Shown here in pieces: positions 1 to 10,723 of a stretch of DNA of 22,637 nt. Source of the DNA: Leidyana gryllorum EB-2025a. Taxonomy: Eukaryota; Protista; Apicomplexa. The stretch is from contig JBLWGC010000143.1 of the NCBI GenBank assembly GCA_048772705.1, positions 1 to 22,637 of the forward strand. The letters are read 5' to 3'. A program made the translations under genes and the position numbers. The notes under the pieces are model-generated. The model did not search any database. It worked only from the letters and a program-made list of their open reading frames with translations, and was not told the origin of the DNA. The stretch's first letter is position 1; every line of letters begins with the position of its first letter.

Positions 1-1261
1 CGCCGAATGTATAACACGATGGCCATTGGTATGAATCCCGATCTATTGGTGGGTGGGACCGACAAAATATTTGAGCCGACTCCCATCGAATGGATGTGTG
101 AAGATCGTACAATGGATTGGATCAATCTGATGACTTACGATTTCTTTGGCACCTGGCTCAACTACGCCAGTCCCCTCGCACCTCTGTACGGTTCCACTGA
201 CTCCGGCGGTGAAACCGACAATTATAACATCGATCACTCCGTGCAAGCCGTCCTCAATCCGGTGCAAGTATCCCCAACAAACTCATTATGGGTTTGGCTA
301 CGTACGGGAAGGTCTGGCAGGGTATCCCAGCCACCTCAAAAGGGTCGTCGCCCAAGGGAATGTGGCAGACGTCGACTGTCACATCCAATCACAATGGCCA
401 AGGGACACTTGAGCCCGGCAACGTGTCAATTTGGGATATCTACGCCAACTGGCTGCCAGCCTGTGAGCACACCTGGGATGATCAGACCAAGACTGACACC
501 CTTTACTGAAACACAAACCCGAAACGTGCGGGCGAAAGAAACGTGTTCGTCAGCTGGGAGTCTGACCGCGCTTGGAAGGAGAAGATGGCATATGCCAAAA
601 AGTACGGGATGGGTGGCGGTATCGTATGGGCTGCTTCTGATTTCGGTAGTCAACGCAGTCGCGAGTCCGCAGGCGAACTCATCAAGGGTGCTTTGGATGG
701 TTGGTACGGTAGGTCTATGCAGGTGAATCCTGCTGGTCACCTGGGTGCGACCTCGAATTATACTGTGGTGAGTCTTCGGTTGCCTGTGTAGCGTCAAGCC
801 CTCTTCAGCCTCAATGGACGAACTTCCCATGTCCCTTGACACAGCAAGACGCAGCCAACAACTGCCCTTATGGCGACATCGGCGTGAACCTTGGAACCAG
901 TAATCCTGGGGGCAGCGGAAGCTTGTCAAATGGAGAGGGATCTACACAAAAGTGAATCCCACCGACGCCCCAGCTGGAACTGGTGTAACCTATCCTATCG
1001 GTAAGTCAGGCGAGCAAGAGGCCTGTGGAGACAGACTTTCCAGATTCCGGTTCGACCACCGCTGGAGTGGGAGGCACCACGGCTCCTGGCGGAGGCGGGG
1101 TCATCACTGGTCCTGACGGGAGTACTTATCCAAGTTGGAGCACTCCCGGCGTTGATGGCACTGGGTCGGAGAGCGGCGCTTTGCTGAATTGGGGTATCGG
1201 TTTTACATCGCTGCTGGGTGTTACATCGTTAGTGGGTATTATTGCGGGAGTGATGCACTGA
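1..1261 (+). CDS. GH18 chitinase, 3' part, with Gly/Ser/Thr-rich stalk and C-terminal GPI-type signal (5'-truncated; indels near 260, 509-540 and 950; introns 768-808, 1001-1043)
   Basis: GH18 motifs read across frames: DWINLMTYDFFGTW, KLIMGLATYGKVW, FVSWES..WKEKMAYAKKYGMGGGIVW. Ends ..GSESGALLNWGIGFTSLLGVTSLVGIIAGVMH* (TGA 1259-1261). The catalytic DxxDxDxE motif would lie upstream of the window and is not visible. Confidence 0.88.
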
Positions 1262-1285
1262 GCACTTAAAGGAGGACCAGTTGTG

Positions 1286-4200
1286 TCACCGAACTTGCTG
1301 AGTGGAAAGTTCGACCAAGTTGCGATATGCTCCGTTTGGTCGGCTCATGAGCTCCTCGTGTGTACCGGTCTCGACAATGACGGATCCGGAACCTGGTCGG
1401 GGGGCGAAGACGACAATTTTGTTGGCGTTGCGTACTGTGCTGAGACGATGTGCGATCATAATGGCAGTCGTTTGCTGTTCCGACGCGAGAACGTCGCTCA
1501 ATCGTCTTTTGGACTTGACGCTCGCTCTCAGGATCCAAAGCGGAAGTGGCTTCGTCCAACAAAAGGAGTCGTGGTTGACGTATCAATGCTCGGGCGATGG
1601 CCAACCGTTGCTTTTGGCCTCCCGACATGTGGCCTCCACCCCTGCCCACCTTTGTGTTGTACCCTGATGGCTGAGCCATGATGAATTCGTGAGCGTGAGC
1701 CTTTTTGGCAGCTTCAATAATGTCGCTGTCAGTCGCTCCGTGACGCCCCGCACCAATGTTTTCTGCAATCGTCATATCGAAGAGGACTGGTTCCTGTCCA
1801 ACGAGGCCTATCTGACTTCTGAGATGTTTCAGGTTGTATGCCTCAACGCTGCGGCCATCCAGAATGATTTCTCCCCCAAAAAAGTCGACTGCTGAGAGAG
1901 CTTTGGAGGGCGCTCTGGCTTCCGTGTCCAAAGCCGCCGTCTGATTGGCGTCTCTAACCTTCAGCCGCATCTCCGATGAGGCACGAAGGTCGTAAAAACG
2001 CTCCAACAGCTCAATAATGGTAGACTTGCCGCTCCCAGAAGCTCTTCCACCGAGGCGACCGTCTTGCCCGATTTGACCTCGAAGGAGACATTGCCGAGTA
2101 CCTAAGGACATTCTATGTGAGGTCGAAGCGGAGAACTCACCGGATTGTTTGGGCGGTGTGGATATCTGAATACGAGAGACCGGAAATCCGCAGCACCGGA
2201 GATCGAATTCTTGAAGCCATGGGGATCTCTGACGTCTTGAAGGGGTTCGCGTTCGAGGATCAAATAGATATTGACGACTGCAGCTTTTGCTTTTCGGATA
2301 TCAGTGGCGTACACTGTGCAATCGTGTCTCCCGTGCGCCTGCCGTCATAGCTACGAATATGACCTGCAGCGTGGTCTGGAGGTCCAACTCATTATCTTCC
2401 CGTCGCAGCAGATGACCCGCGTACAAAAAAGGACAGACAATTCGCGGCCGACATCAGAGCCGCAACGAATCCGGTCGTTAGACCGATAATCATTGCATTC
2501 TGTCGACCTCGGCGGAGCTCCACAGCCAAAGCGTCGTCATAGTGGTGCATCATATCCTAAAAAAAGAGAGTCAGTGTGTGCCGCACGGCCGCCCTCACCT
2601 GCTGTAATCCGTATGCGGCGATTGTACGGAGGTTTGTGAGCGTTTCGTTCATGTGAAACTCTGGAGTCTGATGGTGGCGGAAGTTTAGGGGTGATGACAC
2701 TTTGTTTGAGATCACTTACATCTTGGACGAGTGTGCCATTGGCCAAGCTGCTCCGAACGGCTTTGGTGAAAGTCATCTGGAGATATATCGCTGGTATCAG
2801 AAGGAAGTATGTGGAGCAGCAAACAGCTGCCAATGCGGGGTGTCCGATGAATGCGAATGTCATAGCCACAACGAGGGTGGCGATGCTTTGACAAATGAGA
2901 GCTCCATTGGCACCCGTTACACCGCGAGTCAGCCCACAGTCTGCAGTGATGATTGAAGAGATGCGGCCTGTGTTGTTGAGGGGGTCATCAAAGAACTCCA
3001 TGTCCTGATACATAACAGTGTGGAACACTCGGCGTCTCAGATTGTAAACAATGTGTTCGCCAGCTCTGCCCCACCCCTCCCACTGAAGGAAGATACAGAG
3101 ACCACCGGCCGCAGCCACCCCAAACATGATACCGCAGGCTTTGGCTGCACTCCTGCGACTATTTTGCTCGCGTTCTCTTCCACACTCAGATCGGGATCGG
3201 TGGTGTAAAACATATTCATAATCCAAGCCGTCAGAACGGACATGACGGGGTACATGACGCCACATCCAACCGCTCCGATACTCCCGAGTACCATAAGGGC
3301 CCAATCCTTCTTCATTTCACCGTACAACCGTCTGATCTTTTTGCTATGCAGGACCTCAAACTGCGTGTCTCTGAGCATCGGCTTGGCTGACACCGGATGG
3401 GCATCCTGCTTCTCGGAGTAATTCACCGACGGCATAGGCGGGATGGCTAAGAGGTCATTGGCACTCGTATTGAACGCTTTGCTGCCGAATGTCTGACTGC
3501 CTCCGATCTGCAGCTGATTGGACGACTTGGGCACCGTATTGGGTGACTGAGGAGTAGGAGCGCCTGGAGAGAAGTCCAGTCCCGGAGGCCGCCCCCGTCG
3601 AGAGAAACATCAATGGTGTGTCGGGCGGGTAGTTGTGTGGGCAAAACTTACATATTGACTGTTGCTGTTGGCCCGATAGCGTAGGCAAAATGCGCCCGAC
3701 TGTGGAGCTTAGCCTGAGAGACGGTGCAGGACTCAGAGAATGTTCGACTGCAAAGGCATCGACCGCCAAGGCTTTATCGAGCTCGCTCTGCAGCTCGTTC
3801 TTCTGCTCCGCTGTACCACTGGTTGTGATTGTTTGAGCTTCGACCAACGCTCGGTATATTCCATCCTCTATTTTGAGCAACTCGGCATGTGACCCGCATT
3901 CCACAACCCGACTTCCCTCTCCATCCGGGTTGTCAAACACAATAATCTTATTGGCTGCCATAATGGTACTCAATCGATGGGCTATAATCAGAGTGGTTCT
4001 GGGTTTGGCGGCAATCAACTGATCCAGAGCCTTCTGAACAATCTTTTCCGAACCCGTCGTCCAGAGCACTCGTGGCTTCATCCAGGATCAGAATCGAGGG
4101 GTCACGCAGAATCGCTCGCGCGATCGACACTCTCTGTTTCTGCCCACCGGCTCAAGAGGCCACCGCCGAGTCCCACGTTAGTCTCGTAACCGTGAGGCAG

Positions 4201-5745
4201 AGCAGATATAAAGTCGTGCGCATTGGCCTGTTTGGCCACTTGGATAACGCGCTCTCGGGTCACCTCCGAGCGGTCTCCATCTCTCTACCCATACAGAATA
4301 TTGTTCTCGACGGTATCGCAAAACAGTCTGGGGGCTCTCCTGGGAGACGAGCGCAATCTGCTTTCGTAGCCACGGCAAGGAGTACCGACGGCTGTCCAGC
4401 CCGTCGATCTGGGACCCGAACCCGACGTTGGGTCGTAGAACCTCGAGAAGCTGCAAAGCGGTGCTCTTGCCGCATCCAGACGGGCCAACCAGTGCCACAG
4501 TCTCTCCAGGGAGAATCTCAAAGTTGACGGCCTGATAGACGGCCTTGTCGGGCCTCGAGGGGTAGACGAAAACCTGTATCAATAAACTTGATGTGGCCTG
4601 TCAGCGGCTCGTCTCTCCTCCTCTGCACAGCGACCCGTTAAAACTTTCACGCGTGTGTCTCTCTCACTCACCTCTCCAGACTCATCAAAAGGGTTAATTT
4701 TGGACGGAGTGGCTGAAAGGTCCAAAATCTGTCTAATTGAATCAATGGCTCGAGCAACACCTCCCAAGTAGGGCAGCAGGGTGCCCAGGGCCTGTGTGGC
4801 ACTGAGGACACATGAGAATGTTGTCATAACATATCCGCCTGTGGCTGAGTCTTGTCCATCGGATTCGATATAGGCGTTTCGGACGAAATGTGAGCCGTAC
4901 AGCAGCCCAATGGCATAGCTAATGTAGGGACAGGCATTCACCATAGCGCCTGTTATGGAGAGCAGAGTGTTAGCTTTGATGTCGATGGCTTCAGCTTTGC
5001 CGATGCGCTCGTTGAACAGATTGCAGAATCGCTCTTCCAGACTGAAAGCCGCAATGGTTCGGGCAGAGGGAACAGCCTCTTCGACAACCGCACCGGCGTG
5101 TTTGATGTGTTCGTTCCCTTTCTCATTGTAGTGCTGCATGATATAATGGAAAGCACACAAGGCAGCGACGGTGAGGGGCGCAGTGGCACTCATGACGAGA
5201 GCTAAGCGCCAGATGAGCGCGAGTGCGATACCATAGCCCACGAAGAAGTTCGAGAGACAGTGGAAAGACATGCCGAGCTTGATTCCTATACCATCACGTA
5301 TCCGAAGGCAAGTCTGTTCCAAGTTGGCTGCTAGAGTACCTACATCGACCTGATCGTAGAACTCCATACTCTGGCGCAAGAGAGCTTCGTGATAGCATCT
5401 CTTGCAGTTTCGTATCTGTCGTTCGGCTGTCCATTCAAAGATCAAACTGGCAAGTCCGCCAGAGACAAAGCCGATAGCTGCCAAAACTGCATAATAATAA
5501 ATGATCAAATCGAATGATCTGCCGAGATCATTGGCACCAATGGCCGACACAGCCCGTCCCAGGACGACGAGATTGAGTGGCTGCAGTGAGATGTGTGTTT
5601 GTGGAGTAGCAACCCACCCCAATTGCCCCTTGAATGATTAAAAGCAAAGAAGCAAAGGCAATGGCCAAGCGATCACCCAATGCGCGAAGGCGAAGAGACA
5701 TAGTACTTTTTGGCTGGAACCTGGAGGACTTAAACCGTTATACAT
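1286..5745 (-). CDS. Full-size ABCB (MDR/P-glycoprotein-type) transporter, TMD-NBD-TMD-NBD; introns 5581-5617, ~4623-4671, 2668-2719, 2557-2598, 2102-2140; many indels
   Basis: NBD1 has [40 protein letters not shown]2 has [47 protein letters not shown]. Two hydrophobic TMDs are present. The insertion after RFYDL and the [20 protein letters not shown] segment resemble apicomplexan MDR1. The start ATG at 5745 ([21 protein letters not shown]) was inferred by hand. Confidence 0.93.
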
Positions 5746-5784
5746 GACCAGGTGCTGCACCACTAGTGCGCCAAGGAAAAAATA

Positions 5785-7448
5785 TCAGGGAGCAAGACGT
5801 TTCGGATCTCTAGGGAACATGGAAACCTTGCGAATGTTAGGGAGGCCAAGGAAGAGCATAACAACTTGTTCGATTCCTACGCCAACCCCAGCATGGGGGG
5901 AGAGCCTGCCAGTTCGAAGCTGCCAATGTAATCGCGAAGCGTCTCGACATCAATGCCACAAGCCTTAGCTCTCTCAGTGAGCATCACGGGATCGTGGATA
6001 CGCTGGGCGCCACTCACAATCTCCTCGCCTCTCATGAAGAAGTCGTACGAATTGGAGAGTTTGGGGTCTTGAGGTGCCGGCATGGTGTAGAACGGCCGAA
6101 CAGCCAAGGGATAGTTGATCATGTAATAAAAGTCAGTGTCATACTTCTCGCGAATTAATCGACCCAGAGCCTTCTCTTGCTCAGCGTCGATATCGAAGGT
6201 CGTGATGTCCTCCGGGACATCTCCAATTTTGGCCTCACGCAGCATGGCGCACCCTTCGGCAAAATCCAGCCTCAATACTGGCTTGGACGGATCCCCAGCC
6301 TTGAATGGCTCGGCGGGGTACTGCTTGTGCACACAAGCAATCTCTGCGGCACAACGCTCCTCGAGACCTTTGAAGATATCCAGGAACATTCCCTCAGCGA
6401 CTTCGAGTGCTTCAAAGTAGTGCTCCTTGAAAGCCATCTCGAAATCCATGCCCGTGAACTCACACAGATGCCTGTGTGTGTTACTGTTCTCGGCAGGGGA
6501 ATACTGGTCCTATTTCAAACACACGGCCCACGTCGGCACAAATGGACATCTGCTTGTGCAGCTGCGGACTCTGAGCCATACAGGCGTCGCGGCCGAAATA
6601 TTTGAGTCTAAACACATTGGTGCCACCCTCCGAAGTCCCTCCGATCAGTTTCGGGGCGTGGATTTCAGTGAAACCTCTTTTGAGCAGAGCTTCACGGAAC
6701 AGGGTGCAGGTTTGCGACGCAACTGCAAGATGGCTTGCATAGCGGCCGTTCGCAAATCGAGCACTCTGTTATCCAAACGAGTGTCCTGAGCAACGCGGAC
6801 TGCTCCTTCGGTCAACTCTTCCGCTTCCGGACGGTTAGCGTCCTTCATTTGGAAAGGCAACTCTGCAGGACGCGCTGTCCAAAAGGTTAAGGGACTACTA
6901 CCTTGACATGCTTTCGATACAGAGACCTTGACGGCGGTGGGAAGCTTCAGTCGGGGCTGGGTAGCGCCGTGAATCTCGCAGCCGGGGTCAACGACTTCGC
7001 CGTAGATGTCAACGATTGACTCCAGGGGCAGCGAAGCGGCAAATTTGAGAAGGTCCTTGTTGTTGGCAATGACGACCTGAATAGTGCTGAACTTCTCACG
7101 CAACACCAAGAAGCCCAGACTGCCCTTGTTGCGACTATCCTGAACTCTTCCGCGGACCCACACTTTTTGGCCCACTTGGGAGGCGTTGACCTCTCCTACA
7201 CCAAGCCACACTCGCTGAGTACGAGTGGTGGATTGGCAGAGAGGGAGATAGCCATAAGTGTCTTCTTCGATGGAAGACACGACTTTGTTCAGGGCAGCCG
7301 CGGCCGCCTGTTGCTGGGCTGCCAAGGCAGCGGCTCTCTCAGCTTTCTTGGCCTCCTTCTCTTGCTTGGCAGCAAGCTTTTTCTGGGCCTTCTCGCTGAG
7401 TTCGCCTCCTTCCTCAACAGGCACATCGACGTTTTTGGGGGGTTCCAT
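5785..7448 (-). CDS. DARS: Cytosolic aspartyl-tRNA synthetase (class IIb)
   Basis: N-terminal lysine-rich helix [19 protein letters not shown]; OB fold VWVRGRV..R.KG..GFLVLR; [13 protein letters not shown]; [16 protein letters not shown]; motif 2 [20 protein letters not shown]; [18 protein letters not shown]; C-terminus [11 protein letters not shown] (TGA 5785-5787). Several 1-nt indels. Confidence 0.97.
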
Positions 7449-7538
7449 CTTGACAATAACGCAGTTCTACTGAAAAAAACCTCGGATGCCCTAAAATACG
7501 CTTCACACACAAACTACGTCTGGCATTACTCTGTCTAA

Positions 7539-8300
7539 TCAACCACCGAACTTGTTGCACTTGTTCCTGGGAGACGAAGCAGAGAACAGAATGTTATATG
7601 TGTCCCGTGTCTCCCCTCTCACCTTGTTCTGTAGTCCAAAAACACAGTCAGGGTCCACTTCGGTCTCGGTGTCGACTTCTTCCCAGGATTGCAGTGCCTG
7701 GAATATCTCCTGTGCTACGAGGTCTCTATCTGAGTCGTTCCGAGGCCACACGTTTAGCTTGCATACGGAAGGAACTGTGACCATTATAGTCAGAATAGAA
7801 GTGTGGAGGAGGTTGGTTGACTCACGCGCAAAAGTGAGGGTTGAGGGAAAGCATCAGGATACCGACCCTATATCGGGGGACGCTGGAAGAAATGTTAGAT
7901 GTCATTAGATCAGAAATGTGCTGTGATCGATATTACCCTCTGGCACTCAGAATATTCCAACCATTCCTGACGTTCGGCTTTGGTTAAATTCGCAAAGTCT
8001 ATGACAATTCGAGGAATTGGGGCCCATTCGATTAGACTGTGAACTCGAGCCTTTGGCTTCATCCAAGATCTTCTCGAGGCGCCGTGCACACGGAATGACT
8101 CTCGTTGCCCCACCCAGCACTCACCTGCAAAGGCCAAATGTCTGGAGCCGCCGCGAGGGTCTTCTGCAATCACTTTATATCCCAAGTGGCTCTCGAGTAA
8201 CTTGGCAAGCGAGGTTTTCCCTTTAGGACACACGATGATCGATCTGTGGTATCAACTGTAAACTTACCGGAGGAAGGGAGCCCCAACATCATGATCACTC
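7539..8300 (-). CDS. P-loop kinase domain of the AAA_33/polynucleotide-kinase-like type; probably the C-terminal part of the zinc-finger gene; 3' end uncertain
   Basis: Splicing the 47-nt GT-AG intron 8221-8267 restores Walker A RVIMMLGLPSSG|KTSLAKLL. Downstream, RIVIDFANLTKAERQEWL matches the ViiD..N.t...R..w motif of this family, followed by GILMLSLNPHFC and QEIFQALQSWEEVD. Further short introns lie near 8085-8124, 7883-7935, 7775-7825 and 7567-7622. Confidence 0.7.
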
Positions 8301-9759
8301 GACAGCGTACGAAAAAGTCGTAAGAGAACTCATGCCGTCGCTGTTCTCCGTCATTGTCGAGGTCGTTACAAGACTGAGCGGGATGGAACCCGCGTCGCCG
8401 ACGCTCGCGCAACCATCTCGGCGGTGTGTCTGCAGACGATTGATCGTCGTCCCTCTCAGGCGGAACCGAGTCTCTGATGTAACCTGACGTTCCGTGAGGC
8501 CCGCTGAGAGCCGTGTGAACGGACAGGCTTTCGGAGTCTCGCGGTCGTCCAGTATGAGACGCTGTCTGAAACGGTGGGACTCGAGGAATCCGGGAGGGGC
8601 TTCGCCAGTGGTCTCTAAGCCCGCTCCCGAGATAAGGTGAGGGGGGTCAGAAGCCGGGGGCGACGTTGGATGCGATACTGTTAGCATGGGTTACTCCGTC
8701 GCTGTTCAACAACGATGGAGCTGGAAGGAAATCGTTTCCTTCGGAAGCCGCCGGCCGTGCTCCTGATCCTTCTTGCGCAATCAAATTACTGTACAATGAT
8801 AAGTCTGGTACCGCCGCTCCCAACACAATCTCTGTCACAGCTGTGATCGCATGACCTGCAATCAATGGGCACTGACACAGAGGGCAAGGCAGGGGCTGAG
8901 CCGGCAGGGAGTCGCTGGAGGCTCCAGCGTTCGCCAGCCAGCTGATAATGGGGCCATCAGGGTGAACTTGGTCATACTCATCAATGATGCCATCACAATG
9001 GGGGCAGACAATCATGCATAGGGGAGGCGAGGGGTTGCCCGCGAAATGTGCGTGGCAAAGCTCAATCAATACTCGCAGGGCCGGGTTCTCCCCTGAAGAG
9101 TCTCCATCAAATGTGCCAACCGCGGGTTGACGTTGATTTTGGATGGTCGCTCTCTTCGAGCTCCTCTTCGTCTTGAACGCAACTTGGGAGATTCCGACTG
9201 TTCATCATTATCGCTTTCACTACTACTACTCCGGAATGCCTCAAATTGGTTCCTGTTTGGGTTTGATCGCATTCCCCCACGGCGAACCGGGACATTGTTT
9301 GGTCTTCGAATTGGCTTTAGCCTCGACGGAGCGGCTTGAGCATCTTGCTTTACTAACGCACCACAGTTGCCACAAGCAACGATGTCTGCGGATGCTGCGA
9401 TATGTTTGCACCGAGGACATTGATATTTCGTCGTAACCGATAGCTCTGACTTAGTAGGAGCTGGACGCTGTTTGCGTCCCGATCGTTGCCACTCCGTCTC
9501 GACCTTCACGATTTCGAGTTGTGGCAACGTTCGATGGGTTGTCGGCAACGACGCCTCTCAGCCTGCTTCTGCTTCAGTTCCCGCTCCATTTGTGCCGTGG
9601 TGCGCGTGAATAACCTCCAATATATTGGTGGCCCGCGCTGCCACGCGCACGGTACGAGGCGCTAGACACACCTCACACTCTCGCACAGACTGGGCATTCC
9701 CTAATGTACACCAATGACAACGCCAACCCCACTCGTGATGTTGCGGAAGTGAACCCCAT
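8301..9759 (-). CDS. Multi-zinc-finger protein: RanBP2/NZF finger, second C4 ribbon, acidic/basic low-complexity region, divergent C2HC5 (TRIP4/Rqt4-like) region
   Basis: WRCHWCTLGNAQSVRECEVCLAPR (9725-9654, absent from the ORF track); YQCPRCKH..VACGNCG; CHAH..CPHCDGII..PCPLCQCPL; ESHRFRQRLILDDRE; DDDQSS..WL. ATG at 9759. The model needs about 5-6 single-base indel corrections. Confidence 0.6.
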
Positions 9760-9860
9760 AAGTTTTAACTAAGACTATCAATAAATCCGTTCCCTAGGCT
9801 CGCAACTTCATAGAATTGCTGCTTTTTACCATTCTGTCGTCGCTCAGCATCACCAGTGCT

Positions 9861-10643
9861 TCAGAAACGGAAGTGGCCAGTCCCTCTTTGTCTGAATCGT
9901 CGCTGGTAAATTTCAGGATCCATCAACATAACAATCACTGCCGCTGCCACAGCCCCGAGTAGTGGCCCGACCGTAAATGGAAACATATCCCGCATCTCGC
10001 CGACCGCTACTACCCATCCAAGCGCAACAGCGGGGTTCAGACATGCCCCACTCACTGGCCCTCCGGCGTAACTTCCAGCCACAACCTAAAAGCCACAGAT
10101 ATATGGAGCACCTGTCTTGACGATAAAACTCACCGCGCCAGCCACCCACAGAGGGCATAAAGGATTGGGCTCACTCTGTAGAAAGCCCGCTTTCAGGGCC
10201 GTCAGAGAGAGCACACAGGTGAAAATCGCCTCGCATACCACTATTTGCCACAGTGTGAAGTTCTCCGAGGTATGCAATGCCCAGCTGTAAGGATTACGCA
10301 GATCATTGCCAGTGAAACTGGCTAACTGGGCGCCGACCACCGCACCGCAAAATTCAGCTACTAGGTATAATATGCAACGACGCTTTGAGAAACGACGATC
10401 CACGATCCACACGGGCAGAGTGATGCTTGGGTTGAAATGGGCACCGCTAGCCTCCCCAAATACATTACACAGAGAGAATATTGCTCCTCCGATGGCAAGG
10501 GGGGGCACAGCGCCAGACACACCAAGAGTTACTGATAGTCCAATAACGTAGCACAACGCTGCTGTACCCAGGAATTCCGCCAGGCACACAGCTGCGTAGG
10601 ACTTCTGGGCATACCATGGGAAGTTGTACCCAATGGCTCCCAT
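9861..10643 (-). CDS. Aquaporin (MIP family), ~244 aa, one 48-nt intron 10086-10133
   Basis: AEFLGT in TM1, SGAHFNPSIT in loop B, CEAIFT in TM4, SGACLNPAVALG in loop E. Splicing gtgagt..ttttag joins the ORFs 10086..10742 and 9861..10082 in frame. Confidence 0.95.
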
Positions 10644-10690
10644 CCTCTTTGGCCGGAGTCGCCTTGTCTTGATTGTGTCTGCTAAGAGAC

Positions 10691-10723
10691 GCAGTTTTAC
10701 ACGCGTGTGGACCTCAAAACTGC
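10691..10723. promoter_or_regulatory. Candidate bidirectional promoter element with dyad symmetry
   Basis: GCAGTTTT-ACACGCGTGT-GGACCTC-AAAACTGC: an 8-bp inverted repeat enclosing a perfect 10-bp palindrome, within the 82-nt spacer between divergent ATGs at 10643 and 10726. Function is inferred from position only. Confidence 0.4.

Noticed and set aside
507-509. In-frame TGA in the chitinase (TLY*NTNPK..) suggesting UGA recoding
   Set aside because: Two compensating indels give a sensible YCKHKPETCGRKNVFVSW, and TGA is the real stop of the chitinase, ABCB, AspRS and aquaporin.
1268-1276. AAAGGAGGA resembling a Shine-Dalgarno site
   Set aside because: The context is eukaryotic and spliced, the site lies between two convergent stop codons, and the following ORF (1283..1681) is antisense to the ABCB NBD2.
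5866-5868. AspRS motif-3 Arg to Gln as an inactive paralogue or RNA-editing site
   Set aside because: A single transition in an error-rich consensus, the rest of the enzyme is intact, and no consistent editing type explains both this and the CDPK TAG.
1286-7448. ABCB and AspRS as pseudogenes or programmed-frameshift genes
   Set aside because: Indels affect all genes similarly and favour homopolymers, with no shared slippery motif and no amino-acid decay.
7445-7566. Kinase last exon reading through into the AspRS 5' end (overlapping CDS)
   Set aside because: It depends on the length of an A7 run at 7473-7479; one base less gives a stop before the AspRS ATG, so it cannot be supported.
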